Positions 28,221-38,026 of a stretch of 64,000 nt of DNA are shown here, one piece after another (the stretch's first letter is position 1; each line of letters begins with the position of its first letter). The translations under genes were made by a program, and so were the position numbers. This stretch comes from an uncultured Planctomycetia bacterium. GTDB taxonomy: Bacteria > Omnitrophota > Gorgyraeia > Pluralincolimonadales > Pluralincolimonadaceae. The notes under the pieces are model-generated. The model did no database searches, was not told where the DNA came from, and saw nothing but the letters and a program-made list of their open reading frames with translations. Where the stretch lies: assembly GCA_964650515.1 (NCBI GenBank), contig CAZYUB010000002.1, positions 12,708-76,707 of the forward strand, given 5' to 3'.

Positions 28221-30094
28221 ACCGCAGCCCTTTCCGTATTAAATACGGGCTTTACGCGATCTTGCTTCTTGTTATCTGTATTGCGGTCGCATCATCTGTT
28301 TTGCCCGGTATCGGCAAACACCTCGACAACCCTAACCTTATACCGTATTTCAACGTTGACGAAGGTTATCTTATGGACCTGATGTGGTATTACTACTCAG
28401 GGGAGATCAGGGACAGTTTCCAGATGACGCTTGATTACGGGTTGGAGATGGTTTACGTGGTCAAGTTCTGCCGCATATTCCTTTCGGAGAAAATGGTATT
28501 CACCCCGGGCACTTTCGTAATGATATTCAGGTATATTCATCTCATATCCTGGATCGCGGCTATTATTTGTTTATGGGGGCTGGTCGGCAGGCATTTCCGT
28601 AAAGGCGCAGAGCAGGTAGTTGTGGCGGGCCTTCTTGCCGTTAGCCCGAGTTTCGGTTATTTCATGAACAGCCTTAAGCCGGACCCTTTGTTATTACTTA
28701 TCATGGTCTTGGGCATGGATTATACTCTCAGGATGATAGATAAACCGCGAACAGCATATTTCATTGCCGTCATATTTTTGTCTGCAATGGGATTCGTGGT
28801 CAAATTTTCCGGCATATTTATGCTCTTGCCGTTAATAGCGTCATTATATATTTCACGCCAAATGTTAAATAATGAGAATAGCTGGATCGCGCGGTTCAAT
28901 ATAAGAGGGGTGTGGTGCATACCCTTGGTTGCTTCGGCAGTAATGATCGCGCTGCCGATAGCGGCTATATTTATATATGTTCGAAAAACATCGGGAATGA
29001 CATATTTTCAGGAATATGGATTTTGGCAGGCGTTTATAAGATATAAGATAGCGACGGTATTTGGCGCGGCCGGTTTGTCTCTTGCGGCATTTAGTATCGC
29101 CTTGTACAAGATGAGCAGGTCAAGGAAGGACTACGTGCGGGAAATATGGAAAAAACTTGAGATATTTGGGTCGTATTCGGTCTTTGCCGCGGGCGCTTTT
29201 ATCATTGCTTTATTGATCGTAGGATTCGGATGGCTGCTGATGCCGGCGCATTTCTTCGAAACATATTTTCTTAACGGGATGGATTTTACCGGTGGCGAGA
29301 TCCTTAAGCAGGTAAAGACCATACCGCAGTTAACCGCGGTATATTCTTCTGCGATCGCCGAAAGGTTAGGGTCATTGGATATCGTCATGTTAGCGCTGTT
29401 TGCCGTGTATGCGTTAGTTGAATATAATTATCGTACGACTCTTGCCAGGGAAGATGAAGCCAGACGCAGAAAAAGATTACTAATATCCGTTTATTTGATC
29501 CCTTTTTTCATGATGATGTTTACGCTGGGCCGGTTTACGAACCATCACGCGCTTATATTCACTGTTTTTGTGTCATTGTTGGCCGTAGAAGGTATATATA
29601 TCATCATGACGAGGCCGAATATGAATATGCTTGTAAAGTCGGTTATCGGGACAGGCGCTGCCGTATATTTCCTGATTGATTTGACGCTGGGCGGTTATGC
29701 GATGGCAAAAGAGCGCATGTATGAGCTGAGAAAAGATGAAGATGTTTGCTTCGAGGTGGAAAAATGGATCCGGAATAACCTTCCCCAGGACGCAAGAATC
29801 CTCACCGATTATCATACTAGGGCCTATGTTCCCCCTTATCTTAATAATCCGATAACTCTGAAGCACGGGGGTAAGGACAGGCTTACACAGATAACAGAGC
29901 TTATTAATGATGCCAGGCCGCGCTATATATATTTGAATGAAGGGACCGGTGATGAGAACCTGCCTCCTATCGAAAAAATAGTCACGGGCGGAAAAACCAG
30001 GCTGTTGGCTTACTTCGAAAGCAAGGGAAGGCAATACCAGAGAAGGAGAGGAGATAAATACGTAATATATGAAATATTTTACGAAAGTAAGTAG
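28199..30094 (+). CDS. polytopic membrane protein, GT-C fold (ArnT/PMT-like) glycosyltransferase candidate with C-terminal periplasmic domain
   Basis: At least 11 hydrophobic helices, then a soluble ~150-aa tail. TTG start is uncertain: the first in-frame ATG lies after the first TM helix. Low-GC region. Confidence 0.5.
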   Translation: MQEGKKLNRSPFRIKYGLYAILLLVICIAVASSVLPGIGKHLDNPNLIPYFNVDEGYLMDLMWYYYSGEIRDSFQMTLDYGLEMVYVVKFCRIFLSEKMVFTPGTFVMIFRYIHLISWIAAIICLWGLVGRHFRKGAEQVVVAGLLAVSPSFGYFMNSLKPDPLLLLIMVLGMDYTLRMIDKPRTAYFIAVIFLSAMGFVVKFSGIFMLLPLIASLYISRQMLNNENSWIARFNIRGVWCIPLVASAVMIALPIAAIFIYVRKTSGMTYFQEYGFWQAFIRYKIATVFGAAGLSLAAFSIALYKMSRSRKDYVREIWKKLEIFGSYSVFAAGAFIIALLIVGFGWLLMPAHFFETYFLNGMDFTGGEILKQVKTIPQLTAVYSSAIAERLGSLDIVMLALFAVYALVEYNYRTTLAREDEARRRKRLLISVYLIPFFMMMFTLGRFTNHHALIFTVFVSLLAVEGIYIIMTRPNMNMLVKSVIGTGAAVYFLIDLTLGGYAMAKERMYELRKDEDVCFEVEKWIRNNLPQDARILTDYHTRAYVPPYLNNPITLKHGGKDRLTQITELINDARPRYIYLNEGTGDENLPPIEKIVTGGKTRLLAYFESKGRQYQRRRGDKYVIYEIFYESK

Positions 30095-30797
30095 AGCTGA
30101 AGTCGTAATACTATGCGGCGGTATGGGCACGCGCATGAAAGAGGAGACGGAATACAGGCCCAAGCCGATGGTCGAGATAGGCGGAAAACCGATCATCTGG
30201 CATATAATCAGGCACTATTCACTGTTCGGGTTCGACAGGTTCATATTGGCACTCGGGTATAAGGGCGACCAGATAAGGGAATATTTCTCAGGGGACGGGA
30301 ACGTCGTCTGCGTCGAAACGGGGCTTAAGACGCTGAAAGGCGGAAGGATAAAGAGATTGGAGCCCTTCATCCAGGGTAAGCATTTCCATCTTACATACGG
30401 TGACGGGCTGAGCGATGTTGATATCGGCCGGCTTGAAGCGTTCCACAGGAAGCACGGGAAGATATGCACGGTCACGGCCGTAAGGCCGCCTTCCCGCTTC
30501 GGGGAGATGGTGATAAAGGGGAACAAGGTCAGGGAGTTTGAGGAGAAACCGCAGCTTTCGACCGGGCATATAAACGGCGGATATTTCGTGTTCAAGAGGG
30601 AGATATTCGATTACCTGACTTCATCGAAGGATTGTGATTTCGAGTTCGGGCCCCTGCAAAAGCTGTCAAGGAAAGGGCAGATGATGGCATACCGGCATTA
30701 CGGGTACTGGCAGTGCATGGATACGGTCAGGGACGCGGAGTACCTGAACAAGCTATGGAAGTCGGGAGCCGCGCCGTGGAAGACGTGGAAGAGATGA
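30069..30797 (+). CDS. rfbF: glucose-1-phosphate cytidylyltransferase (CDP-glucose pyrophosphorylase, RfbF-like)
   Basis: 'VVILCGGMGTRMKEETEYRPKPMVEIGGKPIIWHIIRHYSLFGFDRFILALGYKGDQIREYF' is near-canonical RfbF. Confidence 0.7.
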   Translation: MKYFTKVSRAEVVILCGGMGTRMKEETEYRPKPMVEIGGKPIIWHIIRHYSLFGFDRFILALGYKGDQIREYFSGDGNVVCVETGLKTLKGGRIKRLEPFIQGKHFHLTYGDGLSDVDIGRLEAFHRKHGKICTVTAVRPPSRFGEMVIKGNKVREFEEKPQLSTGHINGGYFVFKREIFDYLTSSKDCDFEFGPLQKLSRKGQMMAYRHYGYWQCMDTVRDAEYLNKLWKSGAAPWKTWKR

Positions 30798-31852
30798 AAG
30801 AAAAGCGTACGGTACTTGTGACCGGCAACGCCGGATATATAGGCACCGTCATGACGGGATATTTGAAGGACAGGTCGTACAGGGTATTCGGTCTGGATAC
30901 ATGCTATTTCTCGGACGACCTGCTTTATCCGGTGCCCGAGGGTTCGAGACCAGACAGGCAGGCGGTAAAGGACATACGCGATGTTTGCGCCGCGGACCTT
31001 GAAGGCGTCGATGCGGTCGTGCACCTCGCCGCGTTATCGAACGACCCACTCGGCGAGATAAACCCCGGATTGACCGAGGAGGTCAATTTCAGGTCAACCA
31101 TAAGGCTTGCCGGCCTCTGCAGGGACGCCGGGGTAAAGAGGTTCATATTCGCCTCCTCATGCAGCATATACGGCATATCGGGCAGCGATGCCCCGGTCGA
31201 TGAGAAGGGCAAGATTAATCCGGTAACGGCATACGCGAAGGCGAAGGTCCAGGCCGAGGAAGGACTTTCTAAACTTGCGGGAAGGGATTTTCACCCCGTC
31301 TTCATGCGGAACGCCACGGTATACGGTTTGTCCCCGCGGCTAAGATTGGATCTCGTGGTCAATAACCTGTTGGCCTGGGCATACCTGACTAAGGAAGTGG
31401 CAATTATGAGCGACGGCAAGCCGTGGAGGCCGATATTGCATATAGAGGATTTCTGCGCGGCGTTCGCGGCCGCGCTTGAAGCGCCGGAGGACAGGGTGCA
31501 TAACGAGGCATTCAATGTGGGGCAGGACACGGAGAATTACCGCGTGAAGGATATAGCCGCCGAAGTGCAGAAGGCGGTACCCGGCTCTGAGGTCAGAATA
31601 TTGAACAAGACAGGCGCGGATGAGCGAAGTTATAAAGTTGATTTCTCGAAAATAAAGAAGATATTGCCGGAATTCAGGCCCCGATGGGGACTGAAAGCGG
31701 GCATCGGGCAGCTCCTCGAGGCATACACCGGGTACGGGCTGACGCGCGAAGGGTTCGATTCCGAGAGATATTTCCGCATAAGGGCCATAAGGTCGTTGAT
31801 GAAGGAAGGGAAGGTAGATAATAACCTGAAGATAACGGGAGGTAAAAGATGA
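30794..31852 (+). CDS. NAD-dependent epimerase/dehydratase (candidate CDP-sugar 4,6-dehydratase/epimerase)
   Basis: 'VLVTGNAGYIGTVM' Rossmann, 'YAKAKVQAE' YxxxK. ATGA overlap at 30794; the track start 30713 is an upstream extension. Confidence 0.65.
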   Translation: MKEKRTVLVTGNAGYIGTVMTGYLKDRSYRVFGLDTCYFSDDLLYPVPEGSRPDRQAVKDIRDVCAADLEGVDAVVHLAALSNDPLGEINPGLTEEVNFRSTIRLAGLCRDAGVKRFIFASSCSIYGISGSDAPVDEKGKINPVTAYAKAKVQAEEGLSKLAGRDFHPVFMRNATVYGLSPRLRLDLVVNNLLAWAYLTKEVAIMSDGKPWRPILHIEDFCAAFAAALEAPEDRVHNEAFNVGQDTENYRVKDIAAEVQKAVPGSEVRILNKTGADERSYKVDFSKIKKILPEFRPRWGLKAGIGQLLEAYTGYGLTREGFDSERYFRIRAIRSLMKEGKVDNNLKITGGKR

Positions 31853-32298
31853 TAGACGGCGTAAAGGTAATACCGCTCAAGAAGATATCGGACGAGAGGG
31901 GCACGATCATGCACATGCTGAAGAATACTGACCCCCATTTCGAGCAGTTCGGCGAGGTCTATTTCTCGACCGCTTATCCCGGAGTGATAAAAGGATGGCA
32001 TGAGCATACGAAACAGGTCCAGTTCTACGCAGTTATAAAGGGGATGATCAAGCTCGTCATGTGCGACAACAGGCCGAAATCCCCTACATACAAGGAGCTT
32101 ATGGAGGTCTGCGTAGGCGACGATAATTACCAGCTCGTCAGGATACCTGCCGGCGTAATAAACGGTTATAAGAACATCGGGACGGATACAGTGATAGTTG
32201 CCAACTGCTCCACGCTGCCGCATGAGCCTAACGAGATGCTCCGGTACGACCCTCACGGGGACAAGGTCCCTTACGAATGGAAAAGAATAGATAAGTAG
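31849..32298 (+). CDS. cupin-fold NDP-sugar epimerase/ketoisomerase (RmlC/FdtA-like)
   Basis: 149 aa; 'DERGTIMHM', 'KGWHEH' His pair and β-rich composition typical of the dTDP-4-dehydrorhamnose 3,5-epimerase/WxcM-like domain. Confidence 0.55.
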   Translation: MIDGVKVIPLKKISDERGTIMHMLKNTDPHFEQFGEVYFSTAYPGVIKGWHEHTKQVQFYAVIKGMIKLVMCDNRPKSPTYKELMEVCVGDDNYQLVRIPAGVINGYKNIGTDTVIVANCSTLPHEPNEMLRYDPHGDKVPYEWKRIDK

Positions 32299-32299
32299 G

Positions 32300-33199
32300 A
32301 TGCAGACCGTCGATTTTCTCGTCATAGGGGCGAACGGATTGGTGGGGAGGCGCGTCCTGTCATTGCTGAAGGCAAAAGGGGAAAGCGCGTCAGGCACATA
32401 CAACAGGCGCGCCGAGGGCGGGCTCATTCCCTTTGATATAACTGATGGGGCATCGGCCAGGCGGATATTCAAGGACCTTGCGCCGAGACGGGTGTACCTT
32501 TGTGCTAACCTGCCAGGCGGAGTTGACTATTGCGAAAAAAACCCGGCGCAAGCCCGCAGGTTCTATTATGACGCGACCGTGAATATCGGTAACTTGTGCG
32601 GCGAGTCTGGCGCATCCCTAATATTCATCTCCACGGACTATGTATTTGACGGATCTAAGGGGCCTTATATGGAGGAGGACGGAAAGAACCCCCTCAATCT
32701 TTACGGCCGGCTGAAGCTTGAGGCCGAGGAATGGATCCGGAAAAACATGAAAAAGCACATAATAGCCAGGACAACAAATGTTTTTGGATGGGATCCGCAG
32801 ACCGTAACGCCTAATTATGTAATGAACCTTTACATGACTTTAAGGTCAAGCAAATTATTCAATGCGCCGTCATATCTGTGGGGTAACCCGACGTACGCGG
32901 GGGACCTTGCAGCAGCGCTCATAGAACTGTCGGATTGTAATGCCTCGGGCATATTTCATGTGGTCGGCGGCAGTTTCGTGAACAGGTATGAGTGGGCTAT
33001 CGAGGCATGCAGGGCGCTGGAACTGGATGCAGGGCTCATAAAAGAAGTCAAGGATCCCCCGCAGAACGCAGTTCCACGCCCGTTAAAATCATGGCTTGGA
33101 ACGGATAAATTCCGCGGCTCTTTCAAGACGGTATTGCATAGCATGAAGGAAGGCCTCGCTCTTATGAAGGAAGAGTCAGATAAGGACGATGGGAGATAA
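32300..33199 (+). CDS. RmlD-like NDP-4-keto-6-deoxyhexose reductase (dTDP-4-dehydrorhamnose reductase family)
   Basis: 'FLVIGANGLVGRRV', 'IFISTDYVFDGSKGPYMEED', 'YGRLKLEAE' (YxxxK) match the RmlD substrate-binding domain. Confidence 0.7.
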   Translation: MQTVDFLVIGANGLVGRRVLSLLKAKGESASGTYNRRAEGGLIPFDITDGASARRIFKDLAPRRVYLCANLPGGVDYCEKNPAQARRFYYDATVNIGNLCGESGASLIFISTDYVFDGSKGPYMEEDGKNPLNLYGRLKLEAEEWIRKNMKKHIIARTTNVFGWDPQTVTPNYVMNLYMTLRSSKLFNAPSYLWGNPTYAGDLAAALIELSDCNASGIFHVVGGSFVNRYEWAIEACRALELDAGLIKEVKDPPQNAVPRPLKSWLGTDKFRGSFKTVLHSMKEGLALMKEESDKDDGR

Positions 33200-34094
33200 T
33201 TTGCCCCTATTCACGGTGGTCATTTCGACCTATAACAGGAAGCACGTCCTGCCGCGCGCGATATCGAGCGTGCTGGGGCAGACGTGCGGGGATTTCGAGC
33301 TTATAGTGATAGACAACGGCTCCACGGACGGCACGGAGTCTGCCGTCAGCGACATAAAGGACCCGAGGATAAAATACATCAGGAACCCAGAACCGACCTC
33401 ATCCTGCGACGGGCCGCGCAACATGGGCATAGAAATGGCCAAAGGAAGCTACATCGCGTTCCTCGATGACGATGACATCTGGTATCCGCAGCGCCTCGAG
33501 AAAGTAAAAGAAGCATTCGATAGCGACCCGGGAGTATCCGCCATATGCCACAACGAGAACAGGAATTACAAGGGCAAAGTCGACAAGGTACTCGAATACG
33601 GGCCTTGGTCTGAGGACCTGCATGAGCGGCTCCTGTATGACGGCAACTGCATGTCGTCGTGCGGGACTACGGTCAGGGCGGAAGTGTTGAGGGCGCTGAA
33701 CGGTTTCGATACGCGCAGGGAATATGCCGCTGCGGGCGACTACGAGTTCTGGATAAGGATGACCGCTTCAGGCGCCAAGGTCGGTTTTATCAAAGAGCCT
33801 CTCGGCGAATTCGGCTTTACCGGGGTTAATTGGAGCTTAAGGGACGCGGCTTTCCAATCAAGGGTCGCGGCGATCGTACGCGACCACATACTGATGCAAG
33901 AGAAGAAGAATATATACGGCGTATCGGAAAGGGGAGCCGCGCGCCTCTCGAAGCTTTACGCTATAGCAGCGAGGTCTTTTTTTAGGGCGGGCAGGCCGCT
34001 GCCTGCGCTGGCATATTCGTTAAAAGCGCTGTTTCTCGTCCTGATAAGGCCGAACCTGGTTATCAGGATGTTATCAAGGGGGAAAGAGCGGTAA
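33189..34094 (+). CDS. GT2 family glycosyltransferase
   Basis: 'FTVVISTYNRKHVLPRAISSVLGQT...ELIVIDNGSTDGT...FLDDDD'. Confidence 0.7.
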   Translation: MGDNLPLFTVVISTYNRKHVLPRAISSVLGQTCGDFELIVIDNGSTDGTESAVSDIKDPRIKYIRNPEPTSSCDGPRNMGIEMAKGSYIAFLDDDDIWYPQRLEKVKEAFDSDPGVSAICHNENRNYKGKVDKVLEYGPWSEDLHERLLYDGNCMSSCGTTVRAEVLRALNGFDTRREYAAAGDYEFWIRMTASGAKVGFIKEPLGEFGFTGVNWSLRDAAFQSRVAAIVRDHILMQEKKNIYGVSERGAARLSKLYAIAARSFFRAGRPLPALAYSLKALFLVLIRPNLVIRMLSRGKER

Positions 34095-34097
34095 TAA

Positions 34098-35246
34098 ATG
34101 AAGATGCGGAAGGCTGTCATAATAATATTATGCTGTACCGTAGCGTTTACGTTATTTCCGTTCGCGATGTTGGCCAACAGGGGTACGGCATATTTCGCTT
34201 ACAAAGAGATAGCATATAAAACGATGGCAGATAGGCTGGCCAGCAGCTCTGACGGGCCTGAAGAAGCAGCGATGCGCATCAGCGAGTATTATCACCGGTA
34301 CCTGTTCACGCCGTTAGGGGCCCAAGCCGTAGATAAGGATACTTATAATGACATCATCAGGGGAATAGCATATTGCGACCAGAAGGCCTGGGGGATGTCC
34401 GCTTTTCTTGCGAAACGGGGAATAGACAGCAGGATGATTATGGCAGTCAATCCCGACGGCCAGTCAAACCATACCGCCCTTGAAGCGAATATCGGAGGAA
34501 AATGGAGGTATTTCGACCCACAATATGCGCTAGTTATACGCAGGAAGGACGGGGAGCTTGCTTCATACAATGATATGTGCGAGGACTCGTCGCTTTTGGT
34601 CGATTCTCCAAGGATGTGCCTGCTGGAGAAGGCCTGCCCCGCGGAGTTCGAGATCGTAAGTAAATACCTGGAAAAGAACGTGTTCAATCCGGGAGTTATA
34701 AAACCGGTAATATGGAATAGCCCCGCCAAAAGCAAGGGAAACGCAAAACGCGCCCTATCGGGCGTTTTGGACACTTATGTCGCGTTCTTCGGCAGGAAAT
34801 TCTCCTGTCTCTTCCAGGACGCGTATCTGGGCATCTATTCCGGGAAGGGCGGACATAATGCCGATTATCTGCTCGCAAGGAATTATGATATCTACGGAAG
34901 GTACGATAAAGCGGCCTATTATTACAGGAAGTTCATAGGGAATTCTTCATCAGATGCCGAAAGGTATTCCGCAATGCTGTTCCTCTCGATCATATATACA
35001 AATAGCGGGGACTATGAGGCCGCGATAGGTACACTCAGGACTATGATGGCGGAGCAGGCGTCATCTAAATGGGCGTCGTCTATGTATTACTGGCTCGGTT
35101 ATAATTATGAGGCCCGGAATGATGCGGAAAAGGCAGCGGATTGCTACCGGACCTCCATAAAGGAACGCGCGAAGACGGGTGACCCGTCGGATATGGTAAA
35201 ACTACTAGAACTAGATTCATTCGAAAGGCTTGCGGAATTGGAATGA
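34098..35246 (+). CDS. secreted or membrane-anchored transglutaminase-like (Cys-His-Asp) domain protein with C-terminal TPR repeats
   Basis: N-terminal hydrophobic signal/anchor. 'CDQKAWGMSAF' (Cys), 'NHTALE' (His), 'RYFDPQ' (Asp) are spaced as in transglutaminase-like cores. C-terminal repeated 'Y..A...Y..' TPR-like helices. Confidence 0.45.
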   Translation: MKMRKAVIIILCCTVAFTLFPFAMLANRGTAYFAYKEIAYKTMADRLASSSDGPEEAAMRISEYYHRYLFTPLGAQAVDKDTYNDIIRGIAYCDQKAWGMSAFLAKRGIDSRMIMAVNPDGQSNHTALEANIGGKWRYFDPQYALVIRRKDGELASYNDMCEDSSLLVDSPRMCLLEKACPAEFEIVSKYLEKNVFNPGVIKPVIWNSPAKSKGNAKRALSGVLDTYVAFFGRKFSCLFQDAYLGIYSGKGGHNADYLLARNYDIYGRYDKAAYYYRKFIGNSSSDAERYSAMLFLSIIYTNSGDYEAAIGTLRTMMAEQASSKWASSMYYWLGYNYEARNDAEKAADCYRTSIKERAKTGDPSDMVKLLELDSFERLAELE

Positions 35247-37066
35247 AAATCAAATCGTTCATCGTATCTTCCATGATATATGCCGCGGCCTCGCTATTAT
35301 TGCTTGTCAATGTGACGGCCGGAGAAGGTTTTTACGAGAGTTGGGACACGGCCAGGTATATAGCCATATATTTACTTATCTCGGTGCTGTACTTCTCCAA
35401 AGTAAAGTTATCGCATGGAGTGAATATCGCTGCGGGAATGATATCCTCGGTAATATTCAGCCTGGGAGCGATGCTTATAAGGATGAACGGAGTTTTACTG
35501 GATGTGCCATCCCCCCTGAAGATACAAAAAGTATATTTCGTGGTAATATTGTTCTCATTTATATGTTTCGTGTTAGTTATGTCGATGATAAATATGGCTG
35601 CAGCGGTACGGTGGGCGCGCGGAAAAGACACGGGCCCTGGACGCGGTTTCTACCTGTCGTTCCATTATATAGCGCTTATCCCGTATGCCATATATGAGTT
35701 GTGTGTGCCGGGCGGGCAACACGGTTGTACTGCATTGGGTGTCGCACTGTGTATTTCGGCGGCAACCATATATTTGCTGCATATCGGGCGCATTCGCGAA
35801 GCGATAAAAAGGGCGGTCCTTTACCTTTGGGATGCAAAAAGGTTCCTTGCCGTTATATTCATATTTGCGCTTGCGGCAAGGGTCATGTTCGCCTTCCAGC
35901 TGACGCACAACCTGCCTGAAGGGTTCATGGAGGGACCGGATACGCAGGAGATCCACAACGAGTCAATAGAGCTCTCAAGGACATGGGATATCCTTAACGG
36001 GAAGCCGGTATTCCTTAACCAGAAGGGTTCCGCGGTGATATTTTACGCGGCGATCTACAAGGCGTTCGGAGAAGACCCGCTGTACGGCCGGCTGGCGGAC
36101 GCGATACTCGGCGCGTTATGCGTGTTGATGGCCTTCTATATAGCTGACAGGATGTTCGGAGCCACGGCCGCGAAGATAGCGGCGGCACTCGGCGCCGGGT
36201 ACGGTTATCTTATTCAATACGGCGTGTATATAGGCACGGAATCTATAGGCCTTTTCTCGCTCATGCTGTTCGTGTGCGGAGTGATCGCGGTGGAAGGAAA
36301 ACGCGGCATTATGCCGTATATGTTTGCGCTTGTTTCGGGCTTGAGCTTCGCCGTATGCGTCATGGCGAGGTCCGAATACTATTATGCTATACTACCGGCT
36401 TTCATATGGGTAGCATGGACATTGAGGAAGAGTAAGGCGCATATGCTGCCTTTCTTCGCGGGTTTCGCGGTAATAGCATTGTTATGGTCATGGAGGAACA
36501 TGATAGCGTTTGGTGATTTTACGATCTCGCACCTGCTGAGCCCCGCGTTCAAGGATGAGTGGCTGGGGCAGCTCTGGCAGTTCGAGAAAGGAAGGTTCGC
36601 CGAGGCGGGCATAATGGTGTCCGGCGTAGGGGATATGTTCGCGCAGCTGCTGCTGCATCCGGAGGCCGCGTTCGGGATATTGATGCCGCATATCGCAAAG
36701 GGTTTCTACAGCTTCTGGGATTACAACGTATTCTTCACGCCGGCATTTATATTCCTCGAGCCGAAAAACTCCTGTTATAATATGGCGCTGTGTTTATATC
36801 TTTACATGTTCATGATAATTGGCTTTTTTATCAAAGGGAAAGCAAGGAGCGCGGCTTTGTTCCTTATATTCCTTATCGCGTTCAAGACGGTCAGTTACAT
36901 ATTTACGACTACACCGACATTTTACGAAGAGGGCAGGCTTATGCCTCTTTTTAAGGACTGGTACAGGTTCACTATTATCCCGTTCACGCATGTGTTCATG
37001 GGCGCTGGGATCGCGTGGTTGATATCAAGGGCGCGTGACGCACAAACAGGGAAGGCAAAAGAATGA
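35243..37066 (+). CDS. polytopic GT-C fold membrane glycosyltransferase candidate (ArnT/PMT_2-like)
   Basis: 'FYAAIYKAFGEDPLYGRLADAILGALCVLMAFYIADRMFG' matches the ArnT/PMT_2 N-terminal loop-helix signature; more than 12 predicted TM helices. Confidence 0.55.
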   Translation: MKIKSFIVSSMIYAAASLLLLVNVTAGEGFYESWDTARYIAIYLLISVLYFSKVKLSHGVNIAAGMISSVIFSLGAMLIRMNGVLLDVPSPLKIQKVYFVVILFSFICFVLVMSMINMAAAVRWARGKDTGPGRGFYLSFHYIALIPYAIYELCVPGGQHGCTALGVALCISAATIYLLHIGRIREAIKRAVLYLWDAKRFLAVIFIFALAARVMFAFQLTHNLPEGFMEGPDTQEIHNESIELSRTWDILNGKPVFLNQKGSAVIFYAAIYKAFGEDPLYGRLADAILGALCVLMAFYIADRMFGATAAKIAAALGAGYGYLIQYGVYIGTESIGLFSLMLFVCGVIAVEGKRGIMPYMFALVSGLSFAVCVMARSEYYYAILPAFIWVAWTLRKSKAHMLPFFAGFAVIALLWSWRNMIAFGDFTISHLLSPAFKDEWLGQLWQFEKGRFAEAGIMVSGVGDMFAQLLLHPEAAFGILMPHIAKGFYSFWDYNVFFTPAFIFLEPKNSCYNMALCLYLYMFMIIGFFIKGKARSAALFLIFLIAFKTVSYIFTTTPTFYEEGRLMPLFKDWYRFTIIPFTHVFMGAGIAWLISRARDAQTGKAKE

Positions 37067-38022
37067 TAAAAGGCAGCAGGATATTCCTGACGGGCGGGGC
37101 CGGGTTCATCGGTTCGGCCCTGATAAGGCGGCTTATCGAAAATAACAAAGTCACTGTATATGATAACCTGCACCGTGATGCGCTCAAGCATACGGGTCTA
37201 GCCGATCACCCGAACCTGAAGTTCGTGAACGGGGACGTGCTCGACGCGGCGAGCGTCGAGGGGAGCATCGGTGATTCGGATATCATAGTTCACCTCGCGG
37301 CTATCGCCGGGGTCGATACCGTGCTTTCGATGCCGGTCAGGACGATGGAGGTGGCGCTGATAGGCTCGTATAACATGCTGAAGGCATGCGCCGGCCGCAA
37401 GGGGATAAAGAGGTTCATAGATTTCTCTACGAGCGAGGTATACGGCGCGGTCGCGAGGGACGTAAAGGAAAGCGATGCGACCCCGGTCGGCGCCGTAGGA
37501 GAGCCGAGATGGACGTACGCGGTAAGCAAGCTTGCCGCCGAGCATCTTGCGTTCAGCTATTACATGCAGCAGAAGCTGCCCGCCGTATCCATAAGGCCCT
37601 TTAACATATTCGGGCCTATGCAGGTGGGCGTTGGCGCTATACATATATTCATCAAGAAGGCGTTGAGGGGGGAGCCGATAACGCTCAATAACGGCGGCGG
37701 ACAGGTAAGGTCGTGGTGCTATATTGACGACATTGCGGACGCGGTCCTTCTTTGTATGGAGAAGGAAGCCGCCGTCGGGCAGGCGTTCAATATAGGCAAC
37801 CCGCAGAACACCGTCACGATAAAGGAACTCGCGGAGATGGTAAAGAAGGTTACCGGGTCTGCGAGCGGCATAGTGCCGGTCAACAACGACCGCGCCGAGG
37901 TCGAAGTAAGGATACCCGATATAGAAAAAGCGAAGAAACTCCTGGGTTTCATGCCTAAGGTCGGGCTCGAGGAAGGCTTGTCCAGGACCGTCGACTGGTA
38001 CAGAAAAGAACAGAAGGGGTGA
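37063..38022 (+). CDS. NAD-dependent epimerase/dehydratase (UDP-sugar 4-epimerase/decarboxylase-like extended SDR)
   Basis: '[14 protein letters not shown]', 'STSEVYG', 'YAVSKLAAE' YxxxK; 319 aa. Confidence 0.7.
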   Translation: MIKGSRIFLTGGAGFIGSALIRRLIENNKVTVYDNLHRDALKHTGLADHPNLKFVNGDVLDAASVEGSIGDSDIIVHLAAIAGVDTVLSMPVRTMEVALIGSYNMLKACAGRKGIKRFIDFSTSEVYGAVARDVKESDATPVGAVGEPRWTYAVSKLAAEHLAFSYYMQQKLPAVSIRPFNIFGPMQVGVGAIHIFIKKALRGEPITLNNGGGQVRSWCYIDDIADAVLLCMEKEAAVGQAFNIGNPQNTVTIKELAEMVKKVTGSASGIVPVNNDRAEVEVRIPDIEKAKKLLGFMPKVGLEEGLSRTVDWYRKEQKG

Positions 38023-38026
38023 AGCG

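Noticed and set aside
28199-28372. Whether the GT-C-like gene at 28199 really starts at the TTG that overlaps the upstream methyltransferase
   Set aside because: Not rejected as a gene, but the start is uncertain. The first in-frame ATG (~28373) would delete the predicted N-terminal TM helix, so the TTG 28199 (or TTG 28217) start was kept with reduced confidence.
36700-36760. 'SFWDYN' in the 35243..37066 membrane protein, reminiscent of the STT3/PglB oligosaccharyltransferase 'WWDYG' motif
   Set aside because: The motif is imperfect and sits in a hydrophobic, apparently membrane-embedded stretch. The protein lacks the large soluble C-terminal domain that carries WWDYG in PglB/AglB. It is better explained as an ArnT/PMT_2-like GT-C.
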